Shown: piece by piece, positions 29,080 to 38,133 of the stretch
How positions within the stretch are numbered: the first letter of the stretch is position 1
Layout of the letters: every line of letters begins with the position of its first letter
Assembly (NCBI GenBank): GCA_044370175.1
Contig: JBILVZ010000004.1
Location: 1-59,484 of the forward strand
DNA length: 59,484 nt
Direction: 5' to 3'
Source: Methylococcaceae bacterium
GTDB taxonomy: Bacteria > Patescibacteriota > Microgenomatia > UBA1400 > PJMF01
Made by a program: the position numbers and the translations under genes
Notes under the pieces: model-generated
The model's input: only the letters and a program-made list of their open reading frames with translations
Database searches by the model: none
What the model was told of the DNA's origin: nothing

Positions 29080-30597
29080 TTACAGAGTAGGATATGAGAT
29101 TTCGTTTTGATGTTTCCCAATATCAATCGGATACTCGCCAGTAAAAGCAGAAGTCATCAAACTTTCTTTTGGCACGCCAATTGCCCTGACCATCCCCTCG
29201 ACACTGAGATAGTACACCCCATCGGCACCAATATGCGCTGCAATTTCTGCTGGAGATTTGTGCGCAGCTATCAAGTCTTTTTGTTGTGGTGTAGCAATGC
29301 CATAAAAATCAGGAAACTTCACGGGCGGTGAAGCAACTAAAACAGATACTTTGCGCGCCCCTGCTTCTTTTAGCTTTTTAATGAGTGGGATGAGTGTTGT
29401 GCCACGAACAATTGAATCATCAATCAATACTATATCTTTGCCTGCCAACTGGTCTTCTACCGGATTTAACTTGAATGTCTGAGCCAACTCACGCAGCTCC
29501 TGTGATGGCTGAATAAAGGTACGATGCACATACCGACTTTTTACGAGTCCAGCGCAGTATGGCACACCACTAGCTTGCGCATACTGTTCAGCTGCTTGAT
29601 TAGCGCTGTCAGGGACTGGGACAACAATATCGGCTCTGATCTGATGTTCATTCCAGAGCTCTTGACCAAAGTTCCTTCTAATTTGATAGATACTCCGTTT
29701 TACTTCGCTTCCGTCTGGCAAAGTAGCGGTAAACATACTGTCAGGGCGTCCAAAGTATACTAGTTCAAAAGCATCCAACTGTTCAGGAGTGACAGCAACC
29801 TGGTGTGACTGTATACCAGCTCCATCAATAACCATTACCTCCCCCGGTCTGATAGATCGCAGTAATCTACCCTTTGAGTTCCAGGCACAACTCTCAGAAG
29901 CTAGTGCGAACCCACCTTCTGTCATTTCTCCGAGCACAAGAGGTCGGATGCCATGGGGGCCACGCACTCCAATCAATTGATCTTTCCAGACAATCACCAG
30001 TGAAAATGCCCCAATCCAAAAGGGCCAGCATAGCTTGATGGCTGCCACGATATCTTGTGTTTCTTGCAAGAAGTACCACAACAGTGCAGACATCAACATG
30101 GTGTCGTTTTTACCACATATATCCACATTCTTTTCAAGCAAAAAGCGCACCATTGGCTCGGGATTAGAAATATTGCCGTTTAAAGCAACTGCTAGCTCAT
30201 TTTTGGTTGTTTTACCAAGCCTATTTCTTCTTCCCTCAGAAGTTGGCTGTGCAAACGCCTGGGTATTGACCTTTGACGTGGTATAGCGATTATGGCCTAT
30301 CCCAAAGTGACCGCGTAATCGAGCGAGTTTTTGGGGAGTATAGACCTGTGAAACAAGCCCGAGATCTTTAGTGACTCGTACTGCATGTTTACCATCAGAT
30401 GTGGCAATGCCAGAGGCGTCTTGCCCCCGGTGCTGTAGATTAAATAGTGCAAAATAAATTAGGAACGCGGCCTGCTGTTCTGGTGGTAGGTAAAGGCCAA
30501 AAACCGCACATTCTTCTTGCGGTTTATCTTTACCCTCAAGATCATCACGCTTATATGCTACAGGTACTGTAGCGGCAATACGCTTTTCAAGAAGCAT
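29080..30597 (-). CDS. purF: Amidophosphoribosyltransferase
   Basis: EECAVFG (N-terminal Cys after propeptide), LQHRGQD, HNRYTT, LIDDSIVRGTT. Confidence 0.94.
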   Translation of the reverse strand: MLLEKRIAATVPVAYKRDDLEGKDKPQEECAVFGLYLPPEQQAAFLIYFALFNLQHRGQDASGIATSDGKHAVRVTKDLGLVSQVYTPQKLARLRGHFGIGHNRYTTSKVNTQAFAQPTSEGRRNRLGKTTKNELAVALNGNISNPEPMVRFLLEKNVDICGKNDTMLMSALLWYFLQETQDIVAAIKLCWPFWIGAFSLVIVWKDQLIGVRGPHGIRPLVLGEMTEGGFALASESCAWNSKGRLLRSIRPGEVMVIDGAGIQSHQVAVTPEQLDAFELVYFGRPDSMFTATLPDGSEVKRSIYQIRRNFGQELWNEHQIRADIVVPVPDSANQAAEQYAQASGVPYCAGLVKSRYVHRTFIQPSQELRELAQTFKLNPVEDQLAGKDIVLIDDSIVRGTTLIPLIKKLKEAGARKVSVLVASPPVKFPDFYGIATPQQKDLIAAHKSPAEIAAHIGADGVYYLSVEGMVRAIGVPKESLMTSAFTGEYPIDIGKHQNEISYPTL

Positions 30598-30601
30598 AGG
30601 A

Positions 30602-30724
30602 TTACTTTGATGATTTAGAGTTTCTATCTCTCTGTATGAGTAATACTACAATACCTAATACCAGCAGCAGTAAGACACTGCCAAAGTAAAAAACGCTATT
30701 GGCAAGAGCAATTGTTTCATTCAT
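30602..30724 (-). CDS. 40-aa single-pass membrane peptide
   Basis: MNETIALANSVFYFGSVLLLLVLGIVVLLIQRDRNSKSSK; AAGGAG SD 7 nt upstream; stops 4 nt before the purF ATG. Confidence 0.6.
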   Translation of the reverse strand: MNETIALANSVFYFGSVLLLLVLGIVVLLIQRDRNSKSSK

Positions 30725-30789
30725 GAAAGAGCTCCTTGGACTTGAATTGTATGAAAAAGTAAAGACAAATACAAGTTGAGATTAGAAGC

Positions 30790-31002
30790 CTACTTCTCTT
30801 CTGGGATCAGCACCCAACAAATGAGGTATGGAATAAGACCAGGTAATCCGCCGGGGATTAAGAGTAACACCCAGACGATTCTCACAAAGGTAACATCAAT
30901 TCCCAAAAAATTTGCCCAAGCTGCACAGACACCTGCCAGCTTTCTACCCTCTTTTGGAATGACTAATTTTCTTGTGGTTTGGTGTTTTGTTTTTTCTGGC
31001 AT
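30790..31002 (-). CDS. PspC domain protein
   Basis: RKLAGVCAAWANFLGIDVTFVRI..YLICWVLIPEE. Confidence 0.9.
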   Translation of the reverse strand: MPEKTKHQTTRKLVIPKEGRKLAGVCAAWANFLGIDVTFVRIVWVLLLIPGGLPGLIPYLICWVLIPEEK

Positions 31003-31072
31003 AGCAATATTTTACACTATCGACATATATATGTTATTCTCAGATATATATTTTTTGCTGAAAGGATAATTT

Positions 31073-31405
31073 ATGGCATATAAATTTACTGATCCAGTAG
31101 CAAATGCTAGCACTATCGGATTTTTACTAATGCTCATAGGGCTAATGAGGCTACTTGATGGAAATTTTAGCCCTCTTCCCCTCCTCATCATGATACTGTA
31201 TTTTGGTGCAGGTTTTGGACTTTGGAAAAAGAAACTCTGGGGTCTCTACTTGTTTGGTGGATTAGCTGCCTTGTCCGTAATTCTTTTTCTGTACAACTTG
31301 AGCTTAGGCGTTCCGCTTCTGATTTTTGATCTACTCCTTGGTCCAGTTATAAATATTGCATTATTCGTCTGGTTCTGGAATGCACGAGCAAGATTCTCGA
31401 AATAA
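31073..31405 (+). CDS. Small multi-pass membrane protein
   Basis: 110 aa, about four hydrophobic segments, AAAGGA SD. Confidence 0.7.
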   Translation: MAYKFTDPVANASTIGFLLMLIGLMRLLDGNFSPLPLLIMILYFGAGFGLWKKKLWGLYLFGGLAALSVILFLYNLSLGVPLLIFDLLLGPVINIALFVWFWNARARFSK

Positions 31406-31418
31406 GTAGTACTTACAG

Positions 31419-32924
31419 CTATTTTATTTTTTGAACTGTTTGCTCTCCTGATTTTGCATCCTCAACACTGAAGCCAAGTTCTGCAATTTTCTGCCGCAGT
31501 TCATCAGACTTTGCAAAATCTTTGTTGGTACGTGCTGTTGCGCGCTCTGCTACAAGTTGACGAACTTCTGCTGGCAGTCGTTCATCAGTTTCTGAAAAAA
31601 TATTTTCAGCCTGTGTTGCTTTCAAATCAGCAAGCTGCTTCTCAGCTGTTTTGAGACCCAAGCCCAGCACTTCATCAAATTCTATGAGCAAATCATATTT
31701 GTCTGGTCCAGGAATATTTGACTTCGCTACTTCCCACATGAGTGCAACACCTTCAGCAGTATTGAGATCGTTTTCTACCGCTGCAAAAAACCTTTTGCGG
31801 TACTCATCAATTTTAGCCAACTTTTCTTCACTCAAAACTGTTCTGTCGTCTTCTTTTCTAAATTGGACGACCATTTCAAGTAAGCGTTGGTATGTTTTTT
31901 CCATACCTTCTAGTGTATCCCACAAGAAGTTCATCTCGCTACGGTAGTGAGTCGTCAAAAATAACAAGCGCAGTGCTTTTGGACTGATACCTCGATTCAA
32001 AATATCATCAATAGTGTAGTAATTACCCAGCGATTTACTCATCTTTTCACCATCCACGCGCAGGAAATTATGATGTACCCAGTACTGCACAAATGGCTGC
32101 TTGCCTGTGGCTGCTTCGGCTTGTGCAATTTCATTGGTGTGATGGACGGGAATGTGATCAATTCCCCCAGTGTGGATTGTGATTGACTCAGCTTTTTCCC
32201 ACTTATAACTACCATCAGCTTGCCGTACGTCTGTGAGGTGCTGGAGCGCCATTGCACTGCACTCAATGTGCCAGCCAGGGAAACTGCGCTCCGCCCAAGG
32301 ACTCGGCCAAACCATTGCTCGGTTTTCACCAGGCCGCTCAAACTTCCATAAGGCAAAATCAGTTTTATTGCGCTTGCCCACTACCATTTCTACACGAGCA
32401 CCTTCTTGCAGACTTTCTGGGTCAAAGCCCGCCAGCTTGCCATAGTCAGAAATTTTTGAGGTATCAAAGTACACGCCATCATCCTCGATTACATATGCAA
32501 AACCTTTTTTCTCGAGTGTTTTGACCATCTCTAGCTGCGCTTCGATATGCTCAGTGGCTCGGCAACTGACATCTGGTCGGACATTGCCCATCAGATCCAT
32601 ACTGCGCCAAAAATAGTCTTCAAACTCATGCGCAATATCCCACACACTTTTGTTGTATTTCTTAGCGCCTTTTTCGAGCTTGTCTTCTCCAGTATCAGCA
32701 TCTGAAGCCAGATGCCCAACATCAGTGATGTTCTGGACAAACTTGACTGTAAAACCTGCATGGCGCAGTGTTCTAATCAGAACATCGTCCATCGTGTATT
32801 TTCGCAAATGCCCGAGGTGCGTATAGTCATACACCGTCAGTCCACAAGCATACAAACCAATTGAGCCGGAATGGAGAGGCTCAACAGTTTCTAGGTGTCG
32901 AGTGAGGGTGTTGTATAATCGCAT
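31419..32924 (-). CDS. cysS: Cysteine--tRNA ligase
   Basis: YACGLTVYDYTHLGH, PGWHIECSAM, KMSKSLGN. Confidence 0.97.
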   Translation of the reverse strand: MRLYNTLTRHLETVEPLHSGSIGLYACGLTVYDYTHLGHLRKYTMDDVLIRTLRHAGFTVKFVQNITDVGHLASDADTGEDKLEKGAKKYNKSVWDIAHEFEDYFWRSMDLMGNVRPDVSCRATEHIEAQLEMVKTLEKKGFAYVIEDDGVYFDTSKISDYGKLAGFDPESLQEGARVEMVVGKRNKTDFALWKFERPGENRAMVWPSPWAERSFPGWHIECSAMALQHLTDVRQADGSYKWEKAESITIHTGGIDHIPVHHTNEIAQAEAATGKQPFVQYWVHHNFLRVDGEKMSKSLGNYYTIDDILNRGISPKALRLLFLTTHYRSEMNFLWDTLEGMEKTYQRLLEMVVQFRKEDDRTVLSEEKLAKIDEYRKRFFAAVENDLNTAEGVALMWEVAKSNIPGPDKYDLLIEFDEVLGLGLKTAEKQLADLKATQAENIFSETDERLPAEVRQLVAERATARTNKDFAKSDELRQKIAELGFSVEDAKSGEQTVQKIK

Positions 32925-32966
32925 GCAAGTATTGTAGCAAAGATCTTGCAGATTACCGTACAAACT

Positions 32967-33509
32967 ATGCCGATAAGAATCGAAACTGCTACCCGACCCG
33001 TGCCAAGTACAACCAGATTGGAGGTATCACCTGACACCTCCAAACGCACAGTTGGTACTGACTTACCTATTTTTGCCACACTATACCTACAGTTAGGTAC
33101 TATAGTTGCGACCGAACCAGATGATCAGTATGTTGTGGGAAGGAAAGATGAAAATAGTCGGTGGCCAATTCTTGCAAGGTATAGCACTACTTCATTTCAT
33201 GAAACACAGCTCCTACTCAACCAGGCTGATCGCACCATTACGGTCACCTACACCGACCCTGCTAACCCCACACTCGTAAAAGAGAAACTTTTTTTGTATG
33301 AAGATGCGAGTGCATTTAGTGTAGTGGCAAATGCACTTGCTCAGGGCAGAAAATTCAATGATGCCTCAGTGAGAATGCCGACAACTATCGAACTCCCTCA
33401 AGCAGATGTGCTGCCCGACAGATTATTCACTACCGTTGCAGAACTACTGCAGATTCTTAAAATGAATAGTATACTTGCTGAACCGGAAGATTTAGTTTGT
33501 AACATATAG
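32967..33509 (+). CDS. Hypothetical protein
   Basis: About 180-aa ORF; no motif. Confidence 0.55.
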   Translation: MPIRIETATRPVPSTTRLEVSPDTSKRTVGTDLPIFATLYLQLGTIVATEPDDQYVVGRKDENSRWPILARYSTTSFHETQLLLNQADRTITVTYTDPANPTLVKEKLFLYEDASAFSVVANALAQGRKFNDASVRMPTTIELPQADVLPDRLFTTVAELLQILKMNSILAEPEDLVCNI

Positions 33510-33536
33510 AAAGTATATATACAAATAAAGGAAGCT

Positions 33537-34010
33537 ATGATGAATCGAGAGCAAATTGTTTTTGCCCCAGCAAATGAACGCACCCAAGGGCAGCAACCCA
33601 CACCAGAGCTACGTCAACGACTTGAGTTTCCACAACCAATAACTACACTTCACGAAGTAGAGCTCAAGATGGGTTTTAACACCTATCATGCCGCAACCAT
33701 TGATTGTGGATCTGTAGTGCCAGGAACATGGAACCTCATTTCAGCGGCAGCTCCTACAGAAACCCTGAGTCTGGGATCTAATGACGCTCCCCCACCAATC
33801 GACAGAAATATACTTAGAAATAATTCCTCTCTTGAAAAGCAGCAGCACACGATTGCACATGCCAGAGCGCTTGCAGAATCACAAATTAGAATGCAGTTTG
33901 AGCAGCGCCGTTGTAAAGAAATACTCGTTCAATTCTATAGAACCGATTTTGTAAACGCTGACGGTCAAGCTCGCACGGGTTTTTATGTATTTGTAAGTGC
34001 CACGTTATAA
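33537..34010 (+). CDS. Hypothetical protein
   Basis: 157-aa ORF with AAGGA SD. Confidence 0.6.
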   Translation: MMNREQIVFAPANERTQGQQPTPELRQRLEFPQPITTLHEVELKMGFNTYHAATIDCGSVVPGTWNLISAAAPTETLSLGSNDAPPPIDRNILRNNSSLEKQQHTIAHARALAESQIRMQFEQRRCKEILVQFYRTDFVNADGQARTGFYVFVSATL

Positions 34011-34013
34011 AAG

Positions 34014-34775
34014 CTAGCGCACTTCAAACGTCACACTGACTGTTGAAAATACTGTAGAGGTACCTGGTTCAACTGGACTTCCTCCACCACTACTTGCCCG
34101 TGCACTGTCGAACATTGGATAGACACCACCCACACTCCCGCCTTCAGAAATACTGATGACGCGACGTACTTTCATGCCATTAGCAGCAGCTACTTGTTCA
34201 GCCTTTACCCGAGCCTTTTCGACTGCTTCCTGCAGTAAGTCTGAGGTATCACCAGTTGCATCTGGATCTGCCATAAAGTTTGGTCCTGAGATGTCAGTTA
34301 GGCCGCTAGAACTCAGCAGACCAACGAGCTCAGAAGCTCGATCTCCAGCACGCAACTTTATCTGGATAGAGTTATTGGCTCTCCAGGAACCTGGTTCAAA
34401 GCGTTGTCTGCCATCGATCGTCACCTGCTCTTGATCTTGATACACACTAACACTCTGAGTTTTGATGTCTTTTGCCTCAATGCCAAAATTCTTAACGTTA
34501 GCGATTACTTCTTCCATCTTGGAATTTACCTCAGCTACAGCTTTTTCTTTATCGCTGCCAACTGCAGTAACACCACCGTAAAACTGGGCAATCTCATTGT
34601 CCTGCTCGCGCTGCGCGCTCGCAGTCACCGTGATCGTCTGCGGAGTTCGCAACGTCAATAATCCCCAGTCTGCGTGAGGGAACACAACAAGCGTAAAAAC
34701 TGCAGCAACAACACTCCACAAGATCCATGGTTTCATATCTGCTCCTTGGGTTTTGAAATAATTTAGTGGTGTCAT
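34014..34775 (-). CDS. SIMPL (DUF541) domain protein
   Basis: TITVTA..GIEAKDIKTQ..ISGPNF..AVEKARVKAE..VEPGTS..VSVTFE. Confidence 0.88.
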   Translation of the reverse strand: MTPLNYFKTQGADMKPWILWSVVAAVFTLVVFPHADWGLLTLRTPQTITVTASAQREQDNEIAQFYGGVTAVGSDKEKAVAEVNSKMEEVIANVKNFGIEAKDIKTQSVSVYQDQEQVTIDGRQRFEPGSWRANNSIQIKLRAGDRASELVGLLSSSGLTDISGPNFMADPDATGDTSDLLQEAVEKARVKAEQVAAANGMKVRRVISISEGGSVGGVYPMFDSARASSGGGSPVEPGTSTVFSTVSVTFEVR

Positions 34776-34829
34776 AGCATGACTACTATAGCACTTTTTT
34801 ATGTAAATTGCACAAATAACAGAACGCCA

Positions 34830-35555
34830 CTATCCAGCACTCTGAGGACCACCCAAGGTTTTGCGATCTTGCTGCAGTTTTTGAATAGCATTACTCTTTT
34901 TTGATTTGCCAGAGGATGGTCCCACAGGGCCTTTTTGTGGTGAGCTAGGCATAGCTACAGACTGTGATTTGAGTCGCTCTTCTTGTTGCTGGCGCTGTTC
35001 AGCTTCTTGTTTTCGCACCTTTTCTTCTTGTAGTCTACGCTGATAGATCTGCTGAGCAACTGATTGCTGTTCTTGTGTGAGCTGCTCATACCGCTTATGC
35101 ATGGCATTTTTCTGAGCCTTTTCTTCAGGAGTATCATGGTCAGAAGCAAGCCCAAGCAGTTTATCTAAGTGCAGTGCTCCCAAAAAGGTCTTTGCCATGT
35201 CCATGATGGGCTGCGAGATCACTGCTTGAAAAACATCAGGGCTTGCACCCGCTTGGCCATCAGGATGCATTCCAGCTTGATCTGCTCCTGGCACACTGCT
35301 GGGAAAGTTGCCTGGTAAACCACCGGGGAAGCCAGCCCCAGGGGGCAAACCACTCCCACCACTACTGCCTGGTACAGCAAATGGATGTACAGCACCACCA
35401 GCAGGACTGGGGCCAGTCTGAGCTCCAGCCATCTGAGAGAGCGCTTTCTGCTTCATCGCCTGTTGCATGGCTTGCTCATCGAGGTGATCAGTAAAGTGAC
35501 CAATGCCAGGATTAAAACCGCCACCAGGGCGAGGGCGCATTGCAGGTGATTTCAT
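34830..35555 (-). CDS. Low-complexity Gly/Pro/Gln-rich protein with coiled coil
   Basis: 241 aa; ATGA overlap with the upstream ORF. Confidence 0.65.
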   Translation of the reverse strand: MKSPAMRPRPGGGFNPGIGHFTDHLDEQAMQQAMKQKALSQMAGAQTGPSPAGGAVHPFAVPGSSGGSGLPPGAGFPGGLPGNFPSSVPGADQAGMHPDGQAGASPDVFQAVISQPIMDMAKTFLGALHLDKLLGLASDHDTPEEKAQKNAMHKRYEQLTQEQQSVAQQIYQRRLQEEKVRKQEAEQRQQQEERLKSQSVAMPSSPQKGPVGPSSGKSKKSNAIQKLQQDRKTLGGPQSAG

Positions 35556-35980
35556 AGTTTTTTGGTAGTGATCTGCAAGATTTGATGACCATCATGGGCA
35601 GCTTGCTCTTCTTGCTTCTGCTCCTGTTCATGCATTGTTTGCTCGACACGCGCTATGTACTGTGGTGTTTTTGCCAGCTCCTGCATCTTTTGTTGTTGCG
35701 CTGCAAGTGCTTCTTGGCGTTCTAGCTCAGAGCGCGCCTGTTGTGCTGCAAAGAGTGCTTCTTTTTCAGCTTCTGCCCGAGCCACTGCTTCTGCTTGTGC
35801 CTGCATTTCTTCGAGCGAAGGCTGCCCTTGCCCACCACTTGGCATACCAGCTGCACCACCGCCCGCACCTTTATTGGCGCGAGTTTTCTGCAAAAGTGCC
35901 TCTAGTTGTGCTAAAGCATCACCTTGCCCTGCGCCTGGCTGCTGGGTTGTATCGTCTTGAGTGTTCGGGGTATTGGTCAT
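35552..35980 (-). CDS. Gln/Ala-rich coiled-coil protein
   Basis: 142 aa; coupled to the downstream ORF. Confidence 0.65.
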   Translation of the reverse strand: MTNTPNTQDDTTQQPGAGQGDALAQLEALLQKTRANKGAGGGAAGMPSGGQGQPSLEEMQAQAEAVARAEAEKEALFAAQQARSELERQEALAAQQQKMQELAKTPQYIARVEQTMHEQEQKQEEQAAHDGHQILQITTKKL

Positions 35981-36064
35981 GAGCTTAAGACTACTGGGAA
36001 AGTACCTAAAAAATCAAGTGCCAGCAGCCAGGCGCCCAAAACCTACTAAAAAAACACTGACAGA

Positions 36065-36412
36065 TTACTCAACCAGCACGGATACTGCTGCCAACTCTGT
36101 ACCACGCTCTTTGGTGATACGCTTTTCCGCTTCTTTGCGAATATGTCGGACTGCTCCCTCAGCTGCCTGGACAATCGCTTCATACATGTCTACAGCAGTT
36201 TTGTGGATGGTCACATCCTTGCCAGACATCTCAATATGAAACGTCACTCCATTGGCTTTAGGATCATTGGTCTTTTTCTTGATATTTTCCAGATACACAC
36301 GCACAGCAGTGATGGGTTTTTTAAGTCGCTCGATCTTCTTGGTTTGGCGCAAGATATGGAGGCGCAGCGCTTCCGTGACAGTCAAGTTTTTGGATTCGAC
36401 GATTACCTGCAT
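36065..36412 (-). CDS. hpf: Ribosome hibernation factor (short HPF/RaiA)
   Basis: MQVIVESKNLTVTEALR..DMYEAI..IRKEAEK. Confidence 0.88.
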   Translation of the reverse strand: MQVIVESKNLTVTEALRLHILRQTKKIERLKKPITAVRVYLENIKKKTNDPKANGVTFHIEMSGKDVTIHKTAVDMYEAIVQAAEGAVRHIRKEAEKRITKERGTELAAVSVLVE

Positions 36413-36549
36413 GAGGTACTCCTCTCTTCTACTTTATACGTTGACCTCTGGCAGCTGGACAACCAGCCACACAGATCTGATATAGCATGATATAATTAAC
36501 ACCTTATTTTTTTACTATACGAAGTAAAACTACCAACTGATGTAGCAAC

Positions 36550-36587
36550 AAAAAAACCCCACACTTTTTCTTGAAAAGATGCTGGGG
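36550..36587 (-). terminator. Intrinsic terminator on the minus strand
   Basis: CCCCAGCATCTTTTC-AA-GAAAAAGTGTGGGG followed by T7. Confidence 0.55.
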
Positions 36588-37488
36588 CTATATACGCAAA
36601 CATTACCTGCATACTACCTCACAGACAAAAAAATTTCAAGAAAGAATCCATACCACATTTCTCTGAAACCCGTAAAAATCAGCTAGCATCTGAGCCAGAA
36701 ACTCAGGAGTTTGCACTTCTAGACTACTTTTCTTCCACCGGAATCCACTATCAAAAAGCGTACTTATTTGTGCTGAAAAGAATTAATGGCGCAGACTGTA
36801 GTCAGGAAATAGCCGAGGAGATCTTACAAGAAACGTACATCAACCTCATGCGCACAGTCAGAAGAGGAGCTGAAACCCCCATTGAGGATCTAGAAAAGTT
36901 CATTTTCACCCCACTCTACAATGCTTGTGTTAATTTTTACAAAAAAAGAATCGGTTGATTACTCAATCTATAGATGACTATGTAGAATTGGAATCTGGGT
37001 ATGGAGTACCTGAGCAGCTGTATATGGAGCAGCTTAAAAGTGCACTAATTGCTGCAGCAATTGATAAACACGTAAATCAATATGAGCAGCTTGCAGTGAG
37101 ACTGCGGCTCTATGAAGGTTATACCCAGGAACAAACAGCCACGATCTTTAACGCTATGTACCCAGAGCGGATTTTCACTGTTGAGCTAATAAAAAGTTAT
37201 ATATATAGTGCCAAACAAAAACTTAAAAAAATCCTTCCTACTGTTCTTGCAGATTGGTACCCAAACGTGGATGCTAGAGATGCGCAAATCACTGAAGATG
37301 AAAAAGAGCTCATTGAGGAAACTCTTGAAGTTGCGCCACTTTGGCAACGTGTTGTCCACACCGATCCTATGGAAGATCCTATCTATGCACTCACGTGGGC
37401 TCAAGTCCAAGAAGAACCAATTTCTGATGCTTTTTATGATGCATTAGGAAAAAGAATCAAAGCATTTTTCGAAGGTTCTCAGAAGTAA
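36579..37488 (+). pseudogene. ECF-like sigma factor split by frameshifts at A7 runs
   Basis: Region-2-like AEEILQETYINL..FIF..YNACVNFYKK (36770-36958) and region-4-like LRLYEGYTQEQTA..IKSYIYSAKQKLKK (36955-37488) lie in different frames. Confidence 0.65.
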
Positions 37489-37515
37489 CGCCTAACACAG
37501 GTGGACGTAACCAAC

Positions 37516-38124
37516 CTATACCCTTCTGCGTCCCTCTAGCGCGCGCCGAAGCGTCACGCCATCGGCGTACTCAATGTCAGCACCAATCGGTAATCCATGT
37601 CCAATCCGTGTAATTTGCAGTTCTGGCAGAGCTTTGCCACTTTGAGTTAAATACTCACCAATGTACAGTGCAGTTGCCTCACCTTCCATAGTGGGGTTGG
37701 TGGCTAGTATGAGCTCCTCTACACCAGCCAACCGCTTGGTAATATCATGCAAAAACAGCTGCTCAGGGCCAATGTTATTGAGTGGTGCAATCGACCCGTG
37801 CAAGACGTGATAGAGCCCTTTATATGACCCAGAGCGCTCTAATGCAAGCACGTCAAGTGGCTGTTCAACAACACACAGTTGTGATTGATCACGACTGGTA
37901 TCAGAACAGACTTCGCAGGGATCTTGTTCGCTAACGTTGTGGCAGATGTTGCAGAGCACCGTACCCCTTTTTAGAGCCACCAATCGATCTGCAAACTCTT
38001 GCAGGCGATGTTCTGGATAGTGTAGTAAATTGAACACAAGTCGTTGTGCTGATTTTGGACCAATGCCTGGAAGTTTCTCAAATGTTTCTGTCAGTTCCCT
38101 GATCGCGCGGGGTAGTTTAAGCAT
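37516..38124 (-). CDS. recR: Recombination mediator RecR
   Basis: LPGIGPKSAQRL, C4 zinc finger, YHVLHG, ATNPTMEGEATA. Confidence 0.97.
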   Translation of the reverse strand: MLKLPRAIRELTETFEKLPGIGPKSAQRLVFNLLHYPEHRLQEFADRLVALKRGTVLCNICHNVSEQDPCEVCSDTSRDQSQLCVVEQPLDVLALERSGSYKGLYHVLHGSIAPLNNIGPEQLFLHDITKRLAGVEELILATNPTMEGEATALYIGEYLTQSGKALPELQITRIGHGLPIGADIEYADGVTLRRALEGRRRV

Positions 38125-38133
38125 TCCCCTACA

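Noticed and set aside
36413-36545. raiA-motif ncRNA upstream of hpf
   Set aside because: The region is too short and shows only simple hairpins.
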